Shown: one piece after another, positions 44,103 through 54,957 of the stretch
How positions within the stretch are numbered: position 1 is the stretch's first letter
How the letters are laid out: every line of letters starts with the position of its first letter
Origin: an uncultured delta proteobacterium
Lineage (GTDB): Bacteria > Myxococcota_A > UBA9160 > SZUA-336
Assembly: GCA_963704165.1 (NCBI GenBank)
Contig: CAVPHD010000003.1
Coordinates: 128,001-192,000 of the forward strand
DNA length: 64,000 nt
Direction of reading: 5' to 3'
Notes under the pieces: generated by a model
The model's database searches: none
Seen by the model: only the letters and a program-made list of their open reading frames with translations
Told to the model about the DNA's origin: nothing
Made by a program: the position numbers and the translations under genes

Positions 44103-45356
44103 TCAACCGCCTTCGGCGCGGAGCGGCGCGGGCTTTCCGAAGAGCCAGCCCTGTCCGAACGGAATTCCCATCTCGCCGAGCGTCCGGAGCTCCTCGAGCG
44201 TGTCGAGGCCCTCGCCGACGATGCGCGAATTCATGTCGCGTGCGATCGCCTGGAATGCGCGGACCATGTTCTGACGCGCGGAGTCCTGATCGATCCCGCG
44301 CACGAACGAGCGATCGACCTTGATGAATTCGGGGGAGAGCTCCATGACCGCTTCGAGACTCGCGTACCCCGCACCGGTGTCGTCGAGCGCGAACTGGAAG
44401 CCGAGCTTTCCGTAGTTGTCGCGCGCCTCGCGGAAGATCTCGTAGTTCTCGATCGACTCCTGCTCGGAGATCTCGAAGACCACGTCCGATGGTGAGAGCC
44501 CGCAGCGCTCGAGCGTCCGCGTGAGCGCGTCCGGCTGGAAGTTCGGGTCGTGGATCGCCGTCGGGCGGATGTTCATGAAGAGCTTCGCCCCTTCCGGGAA
44601 TCCGATCGCGCCCTCGACCGCGGCGCGGCGGCACTGGCAATCGAGTTCGAAGAGCAGGTCTTCCTCGGCGGCGACACCGAAGAGCTCCAGAGGCGAAGCG
44701 AAGAGCCCGCCATCGGTGCCGCGAATCAGGGCCTCGTAGCCGAAGACCGTCAGCGACTTCGCATCGACGACCGGTTCGTACACGGAGTGCAGCTTGCCGC
44801 GGATGAGCACGTCGAGGAAGTCGCGTCTGCGCGTCCGGCGCGCGAGCTGCGCATTGAGCCGAGCGTCGTCGCGCGCTTCGTCCATGCCGCGGCGCAGCTG
44901 GGAGAGCGGCGAGATGATCGGATTGCGCTGCACGAACGCGATGCCGATCGGCAGCATCGGCAGCTTGCGCAGATACGGATAGGCGACACGCTGGGCGTTT
45001 CGCGTCAGGCGCTCGCGGACGGCCTTCTCGAGCGCGGGCAGGCCCTTGGCGTTGAAGTCGATGTCGGTGGGCGGACGAGCGACGAAACAGAGCACCTCAC
45101 CTCGGCCGGCTTCGCCTCGCGCGAGCGACTCGCGACGTCCGAGCACCTCCTGACAGGCGCCGCCGACGAGTTCCGCCACCGCCGCCAGGGCGCCCGCGTG
45201 CGCTCCCTCGCCATACACCCGCTCCACCTCGTCGAGCGCCGCGCAATCGACGTAGAGGACCCCGAGGGCTCCCTGGCGGGAGAACTCCGCGCAGATCTCC
45301 GCGTAGAGGTCACCAATGGGTGCCAGCAAGTTCTTCGGGTTCGTGCTCTCGTCCAT
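44103..45356 (-). CDS. EAL-domain c-di-GMP phosphodiesterase with a degenerate GGDEF-like N-terminal region
   Basis: YEALIR, LFMN, FEISE, ALDDTGAGYASL, IKVD, GEG, QGW. Confidence 0.9.
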   Translation of the reverse strand: MDESTNPKNLLAPIGDLYAEICAEFSRQGALGVLYVDCAALDEVERVYGEGAHAGALAAVAELVGGACQEVLGRRESLARGEAGRGEVLCFVARPPTDIDFNAKGLPALEKAVRERLTRNAQRVAYPYLRKLPMLPIGIAFVQRNPIISPLSQLRRGMDEARDDARLNAQLARRTRRRDFLDVLIRGKLHSVYEPVVDAKSLTVFGYEALIRGTDGGLFASPLELFGVAAEEDLLFELDCQCRRAAVEGAIGFPEGAKLFMNIRPTAIHDPNFQPDALTRTLERCGLSPSDVVFEISEQESIENYEIFREARDNYGKLGFQFALDDTGAGYASLEAVMELSPEFIKVDRSFVRGIDQDSARQNMVRAFQAIARDMNSRIVGEGLDTLEELRTLGEMGIPFGQGWLFGKPAPLRAEGG

Positions 45357-45387
45357 GCGCGATTCGACCTCGTGCGTATCCAGAGCC

Positions 45388-45415
45388 GAATCGGCAGGAG
45401 CGCCTCGCGCGTTGA
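45388..45415 (-). promoter_or_regulatory. Putative sigma28-like promoter (TCAA-N16-GCCGATTC)
   Basis: Minus-strand motif about 31 nt upstream of the EAL gene ATG; near-consensus GCCGAT -10 element. Confidence 0.55.
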
Positions 45416-45645
45416 GGGGTACGCCGCGCCCATGGCCCTCGATCGTCGGTACGAGCGCAAGCTGCGAAGCGTCTTCCGAGTGAGCTCGGCGGGAACCGCA
45501 CCCTGCCAGGTCCAGTTCGGCTCGCAGGCGCCGTCCCGGACGGCTGCCCGATCTCCCGGTCGGGATTCGAGTTCACGCTTCGGTGTAGCCCGCTCGCGGA
45601 GCACGTCGAGCACGGCGGATCGCCGGGGCGGAAGGCTTCACCCGC

Positions 45646-46739
45646 TCAGCGATAGACGATCACGCCGCGCGCGTTCACTCCCTTCTCGAGATCCTGGATC
45701 GCCCGCGCCGCGTCTTCGATCGAGTACGTGGCGCTGACCATGTCGTCGAGGTTCAGCTTCCCGCCGGTGTACAGGTCGAGGAGCATCGGGAAGTCGGCGC
45801 GGAAGTTCGTGTCGCCGTAGAAGCTGCCCTTGATGGTCTTGCCCTCCATCGAGAGCATCAGCGCCGTTGAAGGGCACCTGCTCGGTGAGCTTGCCGACGC
45901 CGACGATGGTCGTCGTCGCGCCGCGGCGTCCCGCGGCATGCGCCTCGACCATGAGCTGCGGGAATCCCGACCGCCTCGAAGGTGAAGTCGGGTCCCTGCC
46001 CGCCGGTGAACTCCTTGCACTTCATGACCGAGCTCTCCTTGGCGCCGTTCACGGTGTGCGTCGCGCCGAAGTGACGCGCCATCTCGAGCTTCTTGTCCGC
46101 CACGTCGACCGCGATGATCTTCGCAGCGCCGGCGAGGCGCGCGCCCTGGATGATCGAGAGACCGACGCCTCCGCAGCCGAAGACCGCGACCGACGAGCCC
46201 GGCGTCACCTTCGCGGTGTTGATCGCCGCGCCGACGCCCGTCATCACACCGCAGCCGACCAGCGCCGCCTTGTCGAGCGGGATCGACTTGTCGATCACGC
46301 AGGCGCTGATCGCCGGCACGATCACTTCCTCGGCCATGCAGCCGAGGAACTGCATCACCCCGAGATCCGCGCCGCTCTTGTCGTGCATCCGCGCGGTGCC
46401 GTCGAGCATGCGCCCATGGGGTCCACCGATGCTGCAGAACTGCGGCTGATGGTTCTTGCAGTACGAACAGACGCCGCACGCGGGTGCGAACGACAGCACC
46501 ACGTGATCGCCGACGGTGAAGCCGGTCACGCCCGCGCCGATCTCGGCGACGACGCCCGCGCCCTCGTGTCCGAGCACCATCGGCTTGGGCAGCGGCAGCG
46601 TGCCGTTGATCACGGAGAGGTCCGAGTGGCAGACGCCGGTGGCGCCCATCTTGATGCGCAGTTCGCCGGCCTTGGGCGGATCGAGCGTCACGTCCTCGAC
46701 GGCGTACTGGTTCAGCTCTCGGGTCACGACGGCTTTCAT
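45646..46739 (-). CDS. Zn-dependent alcohol dehydrogenase; two frameshifts (about 45958 and 45865)
   Basis: GVCHSD, GHEGAG, CGVCSYC...C structural Zn site, GCGGVG; RBS AAGGAGAG. Confidence 0.92.
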
Positions 46740-46766
46740 CTCTTCTCTCCTTGGGTTGGCGCGATG

Positions 46767-46796
46767 GTTATACGCGTCGGCCGGGTCGCGGATCAA
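46767..46796 (-). promoter_or_regulatory. Sigma70-like promoter of the ADH gene
   Basis: Minus strand TTGATC-N18-TATAAC. Confidence 0.4.
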
Positions 46797-46833
46797 GCGA
46801 GCCCCGTGCTCTAATCCGCGGCTTGGAGGAGCC

Positions 46834-47493
46834 ATGGACCTGAAGACCACCGACGAGCTTCTGACCCGGACGCGCTCTGTGAGAAAACGCCTCGATCTGT
46901 CGCGCCCGGTGCCCCGGGAGCTGATCGAGGAGTGCATCGAGATCGCGCTGCAGGCGCCGACCGGCTCGAACGCGCAGGGCTGGCACTTCGTCGTGGTCAC
47001 CGACGCCGCGAAGCGCGCCGAGATCGCGCGCTGCTACAAGGAGACGCTTGCCGGCTACCTGAAGATGCAGGAGGCCGGAGGACCGCGCTGGACGAAGCCC
47101 GGCGACCCGCGCAAGGCGCAGGAGGAGCGCGTGCGCGACTCCGCTCTCTACCTCGCCGAGCACCTGCACGAAGTTCCCGTGCACGTGATCCCGTGCATCG
47201 AGGGGCGCGTCGAGAACGCCGGAGCGATGGCGCAGGCCAGCGCTTACGGCTCGATTCTGCCCGCCGCCTGGTCGTTCATGCTCGCCGGACGCGCGCGCGG
47301 GCTCGGCATGGCGTGGACGACGCTCCACCTCGCGCACGAGGCTGCGATCTCGAAGCTGCTCGGGATCCCGGCGACGGTCACGCAGACCGCGCTCCTGCCG
47401 GTCGCCTTCTACAAGGGCAAGGACTTCAAGCGCGCCGCACGAATCCCCGCGCGCGACCTCACGAGCTGGGACCGCTGGGGCGAACGCGGCTAG
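46834..47493 (+). CDS. Nitroreductase family protein
   Basis: RBS GGAGGAG; TRSVRKRL, QAPTGSNAQGWHFVVV, LAGRARGLG..WTT. Confidence 0.9.
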   Translation: MDLKTTDELLTRTRSVRKRLDLSRPVPRELIEECIEIALQAPTGSNAQGWHFVVVTDAAKRAEIARCYKETLAGYLKMQEAGGPRWTKPGDPRKAQEERVRDSALYLAEHLHEVPVHVIPCIEGRVENAGAMAQASAYGSILPAAWSFMLAGRARGLGMAWTTLHLAHEAAISKLLGIPATVTQTALLPVAFYKGKDFKRAARIPARDLTSWDRWGERG

Positions 47494-48900
47494 CGGCTCG
47501 GGACCCGGATCTCCGCCAGCGCGAAATACAGGCGGAGGGCGGAGCGCGCGGCCTTTCGGAAGTCGTCGAGGTTCAGGCTCTCGTTCTCGCCGTGGGCATT
47601 GCAGATCGGGTCTTCGAGCCCGAGCAGGAGCGCGGGCACGCCGCCGAGCACCTCGGCGAACGGCCCGACGAACGGGATCGATCCGCCGCAGCCGATCCGC
47701 GCGAGATCGCAGCCGTAGCCCGCTTCGAGCGCGGTCTGCGCGGCATCGAAGGCGGAACCGACCGGTGTCGTCTCCCAGCCGCCCGCGGCGCTGTCGAGCT
47801 CGAGCTCGACGACGACACCGTTCGGTGGATCCCGGCGCAGGAACTCGAGCAGGAGCCTCGAAGCGCGCTCCGCGTCCTGACTCGGCGCGAGCCGCAGGCC
47901 GACGCGCGCCGACGCCTCGTCCATCAGCCGATTCGCGGCGCCGGCGAGCGGCACGCCCTCGAGCGCCGTGAACGCGAGGCTCGGTCGAAACCAGAGCCTT
48001 TCCCAGGGCGTGAACTCGGGCTCGCCCGCGAGCTCGCCGCGCGTGAGGAGCCCCGCCTGCGCTCGGAAGCGGGTCTCGTCGAACGGCAGCCGCGCGAGGC
48101 GTGCGCGTTCGTCGGCCGAGAGCTCGCGCACGTCGTCGTAGAGACCCGGGATCTGGATCACGCCGCGATCGTCGACGAGTCGCGCGAGCAGCCGCACGAG
48201 CGCGCTCGCGGCGTCGGCGACCGGGCCTCCCCACATCCCGCTGTGCAGCGGATGGTCGAGCGCGCGCACGCGCACGTCGACGGTCACGAGTCCGCGCAGG
48301 CTCGTCGTGAGCGACGGGATTCCGGCGTCGAGATTCGCGGTGTCGGAGAGGACGATCACGTCCGCGTCGAGCCGCTCGCGATGGCTGCGCAGGAACGCTT
48401 CGAGATGCGGCGAGCCGATCTCCTCCTCTCCCTCGACGACGAACTTCACGTTCAGCGGCGGCACGCCGCCCGCCGCGAAGCACGCGCGCAGCGCCGCCAG
48501 GTGCACCAGGAGGCCGGCCTTGTCGTCGACCACGCCGCGGCCGTAGAGGCGGCCGTCCGCGCGCAGCGTCGGCTCGAAGGCCGGCGTCTCCCAGCGCTCG
48601 GCCCGACCCGGCGGCTGCACGTCGTGGTGCGCGTAGATCAGCAGCGTCGGCGCCGCGTTCCCGGCGTGCAGCCAATCACCGACGACGTACGGGTGCGCGC
48701 CGGCAACGCGCAGGATCTCGACGTGCTCGAGGCCCGACTCGCGCATCGCTCGCGCGACGGCGTCGGCGGAACGCTCGAGCTCCGTGGCCGGAAAGCCCTC
48801 GGCCGAAATCCCCGGCACGCGGGCGAGGACGACGAGCGCCTCGAGAACTGGAAGCGAACTCCCCTTCCAGTGCACGCAATGCCGACTCGATCGCGCTCAT
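47490..48900 (-). CDS. M20 family metallo-dipeptidase; frameshift near 48850
   Basis: YAHHDVQP, GRGVVDDK, EGEEEIGS, LHSGMWGG, GGSIP, AHGENE. Confidence 0.92.
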
Positions 48901-49022
48901 CACGCCCTCCCCTCCCGCGCGAATCCTCGTCGCGGCCCCGGTCGGAGTTTGCTTCGCGGCGTCTCGGCGATCCAGCCCGGGCGGGACCCAGACGAGGGTG
49001 TCCGCCGAGATAGACTGCGAAG

Positions 49023-50584
49023 ATGAGCTGGCAGGACGAGGTCGACGGCATCGAGGCGCGAAGACGCGCCGCGCTCGCGCTCGGCGGCGAAGCGGCGATC
49101 GCGGCGCAGCACGCCAAAGGTCGCCTCACCGTCCGAGAGCGCATCGACGCCTTGGTCGACCCCGGTTCCTTCCGGGAGCAGGGACCGATCGCCGGACACG
49201 CGGAGAAGGCCGAGGACGGGCGTCTCGAATCCTTCTCGCCCGCGAACTACGTGCTCGGGGTGGCGAAGCTCGACGGACGGCCCTGTGTCGTCGGTGGCGA
49301 GGACTTCACGCAGGCGGGCGGCTCGCCGTCGCCGGCCGGGCTGCGCAAGTCGGTGCTCGCCGAGGATCTGGCGGTCCGGCTCCGGCTGCCGCTGCTGCGA
49401 TTGCTCGAAGGCGGCGGGGGCAGCGTGGCACCGCGGGCCAGCCGCGGCGCGGCCCCGATCGTGGTCGATTCCGCGAACGCCCCGCCGAGATTCCTCTCGT
49501 TCGCGCAGGCCATGGCGCAGGGTCCGGTCGTCTCCGCCGCGCTCGGAGCGGTCGCCGGGTTGCCGGCCGCGCGCCTCGTCGCGTCGCACCTCTCGCTGAT
49601 GGCCCGCGAGAGCGCGCAGGTGCTGATCGCGGGTCCGGCCCTGGTCGAGCGCGCGCGCGGGATTTCGGCGACGAAGGAGGAGCTCGGCGGCGCACGCGTG
49701 CACCTGCGCAGCGGCGTCGTCGACAATGCGGCCGACGACGAGCGCGGCGTCTTCGCGCTCGTGCGGCGATTCCTCTCGTATCTGCCGACGAATGTCTGGG
49801 AGTCCGCGCCGGTCCTCGGCTGCGACGATCCCGCGGATCGCGCCGAGGAGGAGCTGATCTCGCTCGTGCCGCGGGAACGCCGGAAGTCGTACAAGATGCG
49901 CCGCGCGCTCGAGCTCGTGCTCGATCGCGGGAGCTTCTTCGAAGTCGCACCCGAGTTCGGCCGCTCGCTGATCTGTGGCCTCGCGCGGCTGCGTGGCCAG
50001 CCGATCGGCGTGATCGCGAACGACCCGAACTTCTACGCCGGCGCGATGACGGCGGCCGCGCGCGCAGAAGCTGCGCCGACACGTCGATCTCTGCGACACG
50101 TTCCATCTGCCGATCGCGAGCTTCGTCGACGAGCCCGGACTTCCTGATCGGTCCCGAGGCGGAGCGCGACGCCACGATCCGGCACGGAACGGCCGCGATC
50201 TTCGCCGTGATGCAATCGAGCGTTCCCTGGGCGACGGTGCACGTCCGCAAGGCGTTCGGAGTCGCGGCCGCGGCCCACTTCGGGCCCGGCGGACACGTGA
50301 TCGCCTGGCCCTCGGCCGAGTCCGGCGCGCTGCCGCTCGAAGGCGGCGTCGCGGTCGCATTCCGCCGCGAGATCGAGTCCGCACCCGATCCCGAGGCGAA
50401 GCGCCGCGAGCTCGAGGAGCGCCTCGCCGCGCGGCGCGACCCGTTCGCACGCGCCGAGAGCTTCGGGGTGGCGGACCTCGTCGATCCGCGCCGCACCCGC
50501 GGGGCGCTCTGCGCCTGGGTCGAGTGGATCCAGCCCGCGCTCGCCCAACACCTCGGACCGCGCAGCTACTCCATCCGGCCCTGA
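49023..50584 (+). CDS. Acyl-CoA carboxylase carboxyltransferase subunit; two frameshifts (about 50065 and 50138)
   Basis: KGRLTVRERI, DFTQAGGS, EELGG..VH..SGVVD, GLARL.G.PIGVIAND, DTFHLPI..FVDEPG/FLIG, RKAFG. Confidence 0.9.
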
Positions 50585-51850
50585 CCCGATCCGCCCGGCG
50601 CGCGCACTCGCGAAATCAGAAAGGCCGCGCACGCCGCGACCAACGCCAGTCCCTCGAACGCGTGCACGTACCCGCCGAACCCATCGTAGGCGACCCCGAC
50701 CGCGTACGGACCGAGCCCGCTCGCGAGCTGCGTGCCGAGCGCGAGCGCGCCGAAGACCCGGCCGAACGAGGCCGCCCCGAAGAAATCACCGACGAGGAGG
50801 GGCTGCATCATGAAGATGTTCCCCATCGTGAGTCCGAACACGAACGACGCCGCGATCGCGCTGGTCGCGTCCGGCGCGTGCGCGAAGAACAGCGTCGCGA
50901 GAGCCTGGACGAGGAAGAGACCGACCGCGATCGAGCTCTTTCGAAAACGATCTGCGATCGGCCCGACGAGAAGGCGTCCGACGACGCTCCCGACCGCGGT
51001 CGCGCTGACCGCGATCGCCGCCTCGCTCGGCCCGATCCGCTCGCGCAGCCACGCGATCTGATGCGCGAGGAATCCGACCTGACCGAAGAGGCCGAGCCCG
51101 AACGCGAGCATGAGTCCCCAGAACGCGGACTGTCGCAGCGCGTCGCGCGTTCTCGGGGTGTGCGGGCTCACGCGATGAGCGTGTCCGGGCATCGGGACGA
51201 GACCATCGGGGAAGAGCCCGTATCTGGCCGGATCGCTGCGCAGGACGAACGATCACCACGGGCAGAGCGACCCCGAGGACGATCACGGCGAGCGACGTCA
51301 TCGCGGCGGGAAGACCGTGCGCGGCGATCATCCAGATCGCGAGCGGCACGGCGACGATTCCGCCGAGCGAGACGCCTGTTTGCGACAGGGTCATCGCGCG
51401 CGCTCGGAGCGAGACGAACCAACGCGTGACGAGCGATGAGGTCGGAATCGGTCCACTCATCGACATGCCGACGGCCATCAGCGGAATCCAGACGTAGAGC
51501 ATGCCGACGGACTGCACGCGTCCCACCGCGACGAGCGATGCCGCGAGCAGGCACGCACCGGCCGCGATGAATCCGCGCTCGCCGAAACGGTCGATGCCGC
51601 GCCCGACGACGAGACCCGCGAAGCCGGAGGCGACGAAATAGAGTCCCGTCGCACCGGAGACCATCGAGCGCGACCAACCGCGTTCGTTGCAGAGCGCGTC
51701 GAGCAGGACACCCTGCGTGTAGAAGCCGATTCCCGCGCACGCGAACGAGAGCAGGCACGCACCGAGCGCCACCCACCAGCCGTAGAAGATCCCGGGCGAG
51801 ATCCGGTGGATCGCGGGGAGCGGAGTCGGCGCGTCGCGACTCGACTCCAT
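50566..51850 (-). CDS. MFS transporter; frameshift near 51250
   Basis: FYGWWVA start, motif A GRGIDRFGER, multiple TMs, GPIADRFRK, GPYAVGVAYD..GGY. Confidence 0.88.
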
Positions 51851-51927
51851 GCAGACGCACTCCTCGGTTTGTCGCCCGGCGACGCGCGAGACTATCATGC
51901 GCTCCAGCGATCTCGCGGGAGTGTTCC

Positions 51928-52723
51928 ATGTCCGAGCCCGTTCTCCGGATCGAGCGCGACGCCGGCGTCGTCACGCGTGACGCTCAATCGTCCCCAGGCG
52001 ATGAACGCGCTCTCGCGCGACCTCCGCGTCGCGCTCGTCGACGCCTTCACGACGTTCGAGTTCGACCCCGACGCGCGCATCGTGATCCTCACCGGTGCCG
52101 GGCGCGCATTCTGCGCGGGCCTCGACCTGAAGGAGCTCGGCCGAGGCGCGGGACCGGTCGGCGCGGGTCGCGGCGGGGAGCCGAACGTGATGAAGGCGAT
52201 CTCGAGCTTCGCGGGGCCGATCATCGGCGCGATCAACGGCGTCGCCGTCACGGGCGGATTCGAGCTCGCACTCGCGTGCGACGTGCTGATCGCGTCGACC
52301 CAAGCTCGCTTCGCCGATACACATGCGCGTGTCGGCATCATGCCGGGCTGGGGCCTTTCCCAGAAGCTCTCGCGCGCGATCGGGATCTCTCGCGCGAAGG
52401 AGCTCTCGCTGACCGGAAACTACCTGGACGCCGAGCGAGCCAACGCGTGGGGACTGGTGAACCGCGTGGTCGCACCCGACGAGCTCCTGCCGACTTGCCG
52501 CGCGCTCGCGCAGGACATGCTCTCGGTTCCGAACGATGGGCTGCGCACCTACAAGCGCATCATCGATCAAGGCTTCGCCCTGGCGTTCGGCGAGGCGATG
52601 AACCTCGAACGAGAGCTCTCGCGCGAGGCGAACTCGAAGGTCGCGCCGCAGGCCGTCGAAGAAGCGCGCGTGCTCGTGCGCGCCCGCGGCCGGTCCCAGA
52701 CGCACGGCGACGATCGCGAGTGA
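51928..52723 (+). CDS. Enoyl-CoA hydratase; frameshift near 51975
   Basis: VTLNRPQAMNALS, AFCAGLDL, AINGVAVTGGFELALACD, FADTHARVG. Confidence 0.92.
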
Positions 52724-52735
52724 CGGCTCGACGCG

Positions 52736-53835
52736 ATGCTGAACAAGCTCGACGACTATCCGATCCACCAGACGCCCGAACCGATCGCGCAACCCCTGAC
52801 CGGCGATCGAAACGTCTACGACCGCTACTGGTTCAACGGCTTCACTCGCGAAGCGGATCTGTTCTTCGCCGTCGCTCTCGGCGTGTACCCGAATCGGCGC
52901 GTGATGGACGCGGCGGTGTCGGTCGTGCGCGGGGGCGTGCAGTACGTCGTGCGCGGTTCACGGCTCGCGCCGGACGAGCGCACCGACACGCGTGCCGGGC
53001 CGATCTCGATCGAAGTGCAGGAGCCGATGCGAACGCTGCGCATCCGCATCGCACCGAATCCACACGGGCTCGTCGGCGAGCTGACCTTTCGAGCACGCAC
53101 GGAGGCGCTGGAAGAGCCGCGCTTCACGCTGCGACGACGGCAGCCGCATCTTCCTCGACTCGACGCGCTTCACGCAGTTCGGCACGTGGGAGGGGTGGCT
53201 CGAGGTCGGTTCGGAACGGATCAAGCTCGATCCGAGTCACGTGCTCGCCACGCGCGATCGCTCCTGGGGTACGCGTCCGGTCGGAGAGCGCGAGACGACG
53301 GGCGCGCCGGGTCCGCTGCCGCAGTTCTATCTGGATCTGGGCGCCGCTTCAGTTCGAAGACCGCTGCATGCACTTCCAGGTCAATGAAGACGCTTCGGGC
53401 CGCGCCCTGAGCTCGCACGGCGTCTTCGTGCCGCTGCTCGCGTCGGGCCGAACGCTCGAGGAGATGGCTTCGGTACACCATTCGGTGACGTGGGAGAAGG
53501 GGACGCGCCGCGCGCGCGCGGCGGAGCTCACGCTCGTCCCTCGACACGGGGATCCCCACCGGATCGAGCTCGAGCCGCTGCTCACCTTCCAGATGCGCGG
53601 CATCGGCTACACCGACCCCGAATGGGGTCACGGAATGTGGAAGGGAGAGGACGTGACGAGCGGCGCCCTGTGGCGGCTCTCGGAGATCGACCCGATGGAG
53701 CCCTGGCACCTGCACACCCAGCAGCTCTGCCGGGTGCGCATGGGTGAGCGCGTGGGCTACGGCGCGCTCGAGCAGCTCGTGATCGGACCGCACGCCCCGT
53801 CGGGCTTCAAGTCGCTGATCGATCCTTCGGAGTGA
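52736..53835 (+). CDS. Conserved hypothetical protein (tocopherol-cyclase/AttH-like beta fold suspected); two frameshifts
   Basis: LDDYPIHQTPEP, YDRYWFNG, then RDRSWGTRP and WGHGMWKG in other frames. Confidence 0.7.
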
Positions 53836-54754
53836 ACCGGCGTCCGAGCGCGAAGCCGTTCGCGTTCCAGTGGTCCGCGAGGGTCGCGATCGCATCCGGC
53901 ATCACGTCGCCCGCGACGACGACCCCGCGGCCGGGAAGGAACTGCGCCCGGCACTTCGGCAGTCGGGCGACCAGCCAGTGCGCCATCGCGATCGGGCTCG
54001 CGCCGTCCTCCTCGCCGTGCCAGAGCCAGACGGGCGTGTCGATCTGATCGATCGCGAAACCCCAGTCGCTCGCGAGCAGTCGCTGCTCCCGAACCACGCC
54101 GTCGATCCCGGAGCGGAACGACTCGTAGGCGGCGTCCATGAACACTTCCGCGATCTCCGGCGAGCTGATCGCCCGCCGCTCCGAGCTCGGCATCGTGTCG
54201 GCGATCAGGCGCAGCAATCCGACGGGATCGCTGTCGGAGAGCCGGGCCATTCGCCTCCAGATCGGTCCGAGCAGCCACGGCGCGAACCGCGGCAGCCAGA
54301 CGAGAATCGCCCGCGAGCGGATGTCCATTCCGACCAGGGTCGACGATTCGTTGTACGGCGCTGGGCTGCTGATCAGCGAGAGCGCACGCACGCGTTCGGG
54401 CAATTTCGCGGCCGTGGCGAGCGCGAACGGACCGCCCGTCGATACGCCCACGAGCGAGAAGTGCTCCAGGCCGAGCGCGTCCGCGACGAGCGCGACATCG
54501 TCGGCGACGTCGGAGATGCGATGACCGGGTTGCAGATCGGTGAGCCCGAAGCCGGGGCGATCGAGCGCCACGATGCAGACGTTCCGCCGCAGACCCACCG
54601 CGTGCGCGAGCGCCCCCTCGAGCCGTGAGCTGGTCAACCCGTGGAAGTAGACGACGGGCACGCCCTCGGGATCGCCGTAGGTGGCGAAACCGATCTGGCG
54701 CCCGTCTCGGGCGCGCAGGGTCCGATCCACGGCGGCGGAATGGCGCTCAGTCAC
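53807..54754 (-). CDS. Alpha/beta hydrolase
   Basis: DGRQIGFATYGDPEG, FHG, DRPGFG, GVSTGG, WHGEED. The C-terminal end lacks the usual GH motif, possibly because of an indel. Confidence 0.85.
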   Translation of the reverse strand: MTERHSAAVDRTLRARDGRQIGFATYGDPEGVPVVYFHGLTSSRLEGALAHAVGLRRNVCIVALDRPGFGLTDLQPGHRISDVADDVALVADALGLEHFSLVGVSTGGPFALATAAKLPERVRALSLISSPAPYNESSTLVGMDIRSRAILVWLPRFAPWLLGPIWRRMARLSDSDPVGLLRLIADTMPSSERRAISSPEIAEVFMDAAYESFRSGIDGVVREQRLLASDWGFAIDQIDTPVWLWHGEEDGASPIAMAHWLVARLPKCRAQFLPGRGVVVAGDVMPDAIATLADHWNANGFALGRRFTPKDRSAT

Positions 54755-54957
54755 ATTTTCCCCTCTCCGCGCCGTCCACGGGCGCGGCCTCACCCTTGAT
54801 AGTGTCCGGGCACACCCGAAAAAGGGGCGCGCACGCTCCGCGATCGGCAACTTTATCTCCTTCGAGGCCGCTCCGACAGCGTTCCCGGCTTCCGTCCAGC
54901 GTCGGAGCCTGAGGCTCGGGCCGAAAGAACCGGCCCGGAGGCTCCGATCCGTCTCTC

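Noticed and set aside
45420..45640. Possible tRNA, riboswitch or small ORF (MALDRRYERKLRSVF...) between the EAL and ADH genes
   Set aside because: GGGATTCGA resembles a reversed T-arm, but I could not build a cloverleaf or find GTTC, and I found no recognisable c-di-GMP riboswitch motif or convincing coding signal. An Infernal/Rfam scan would settle it.
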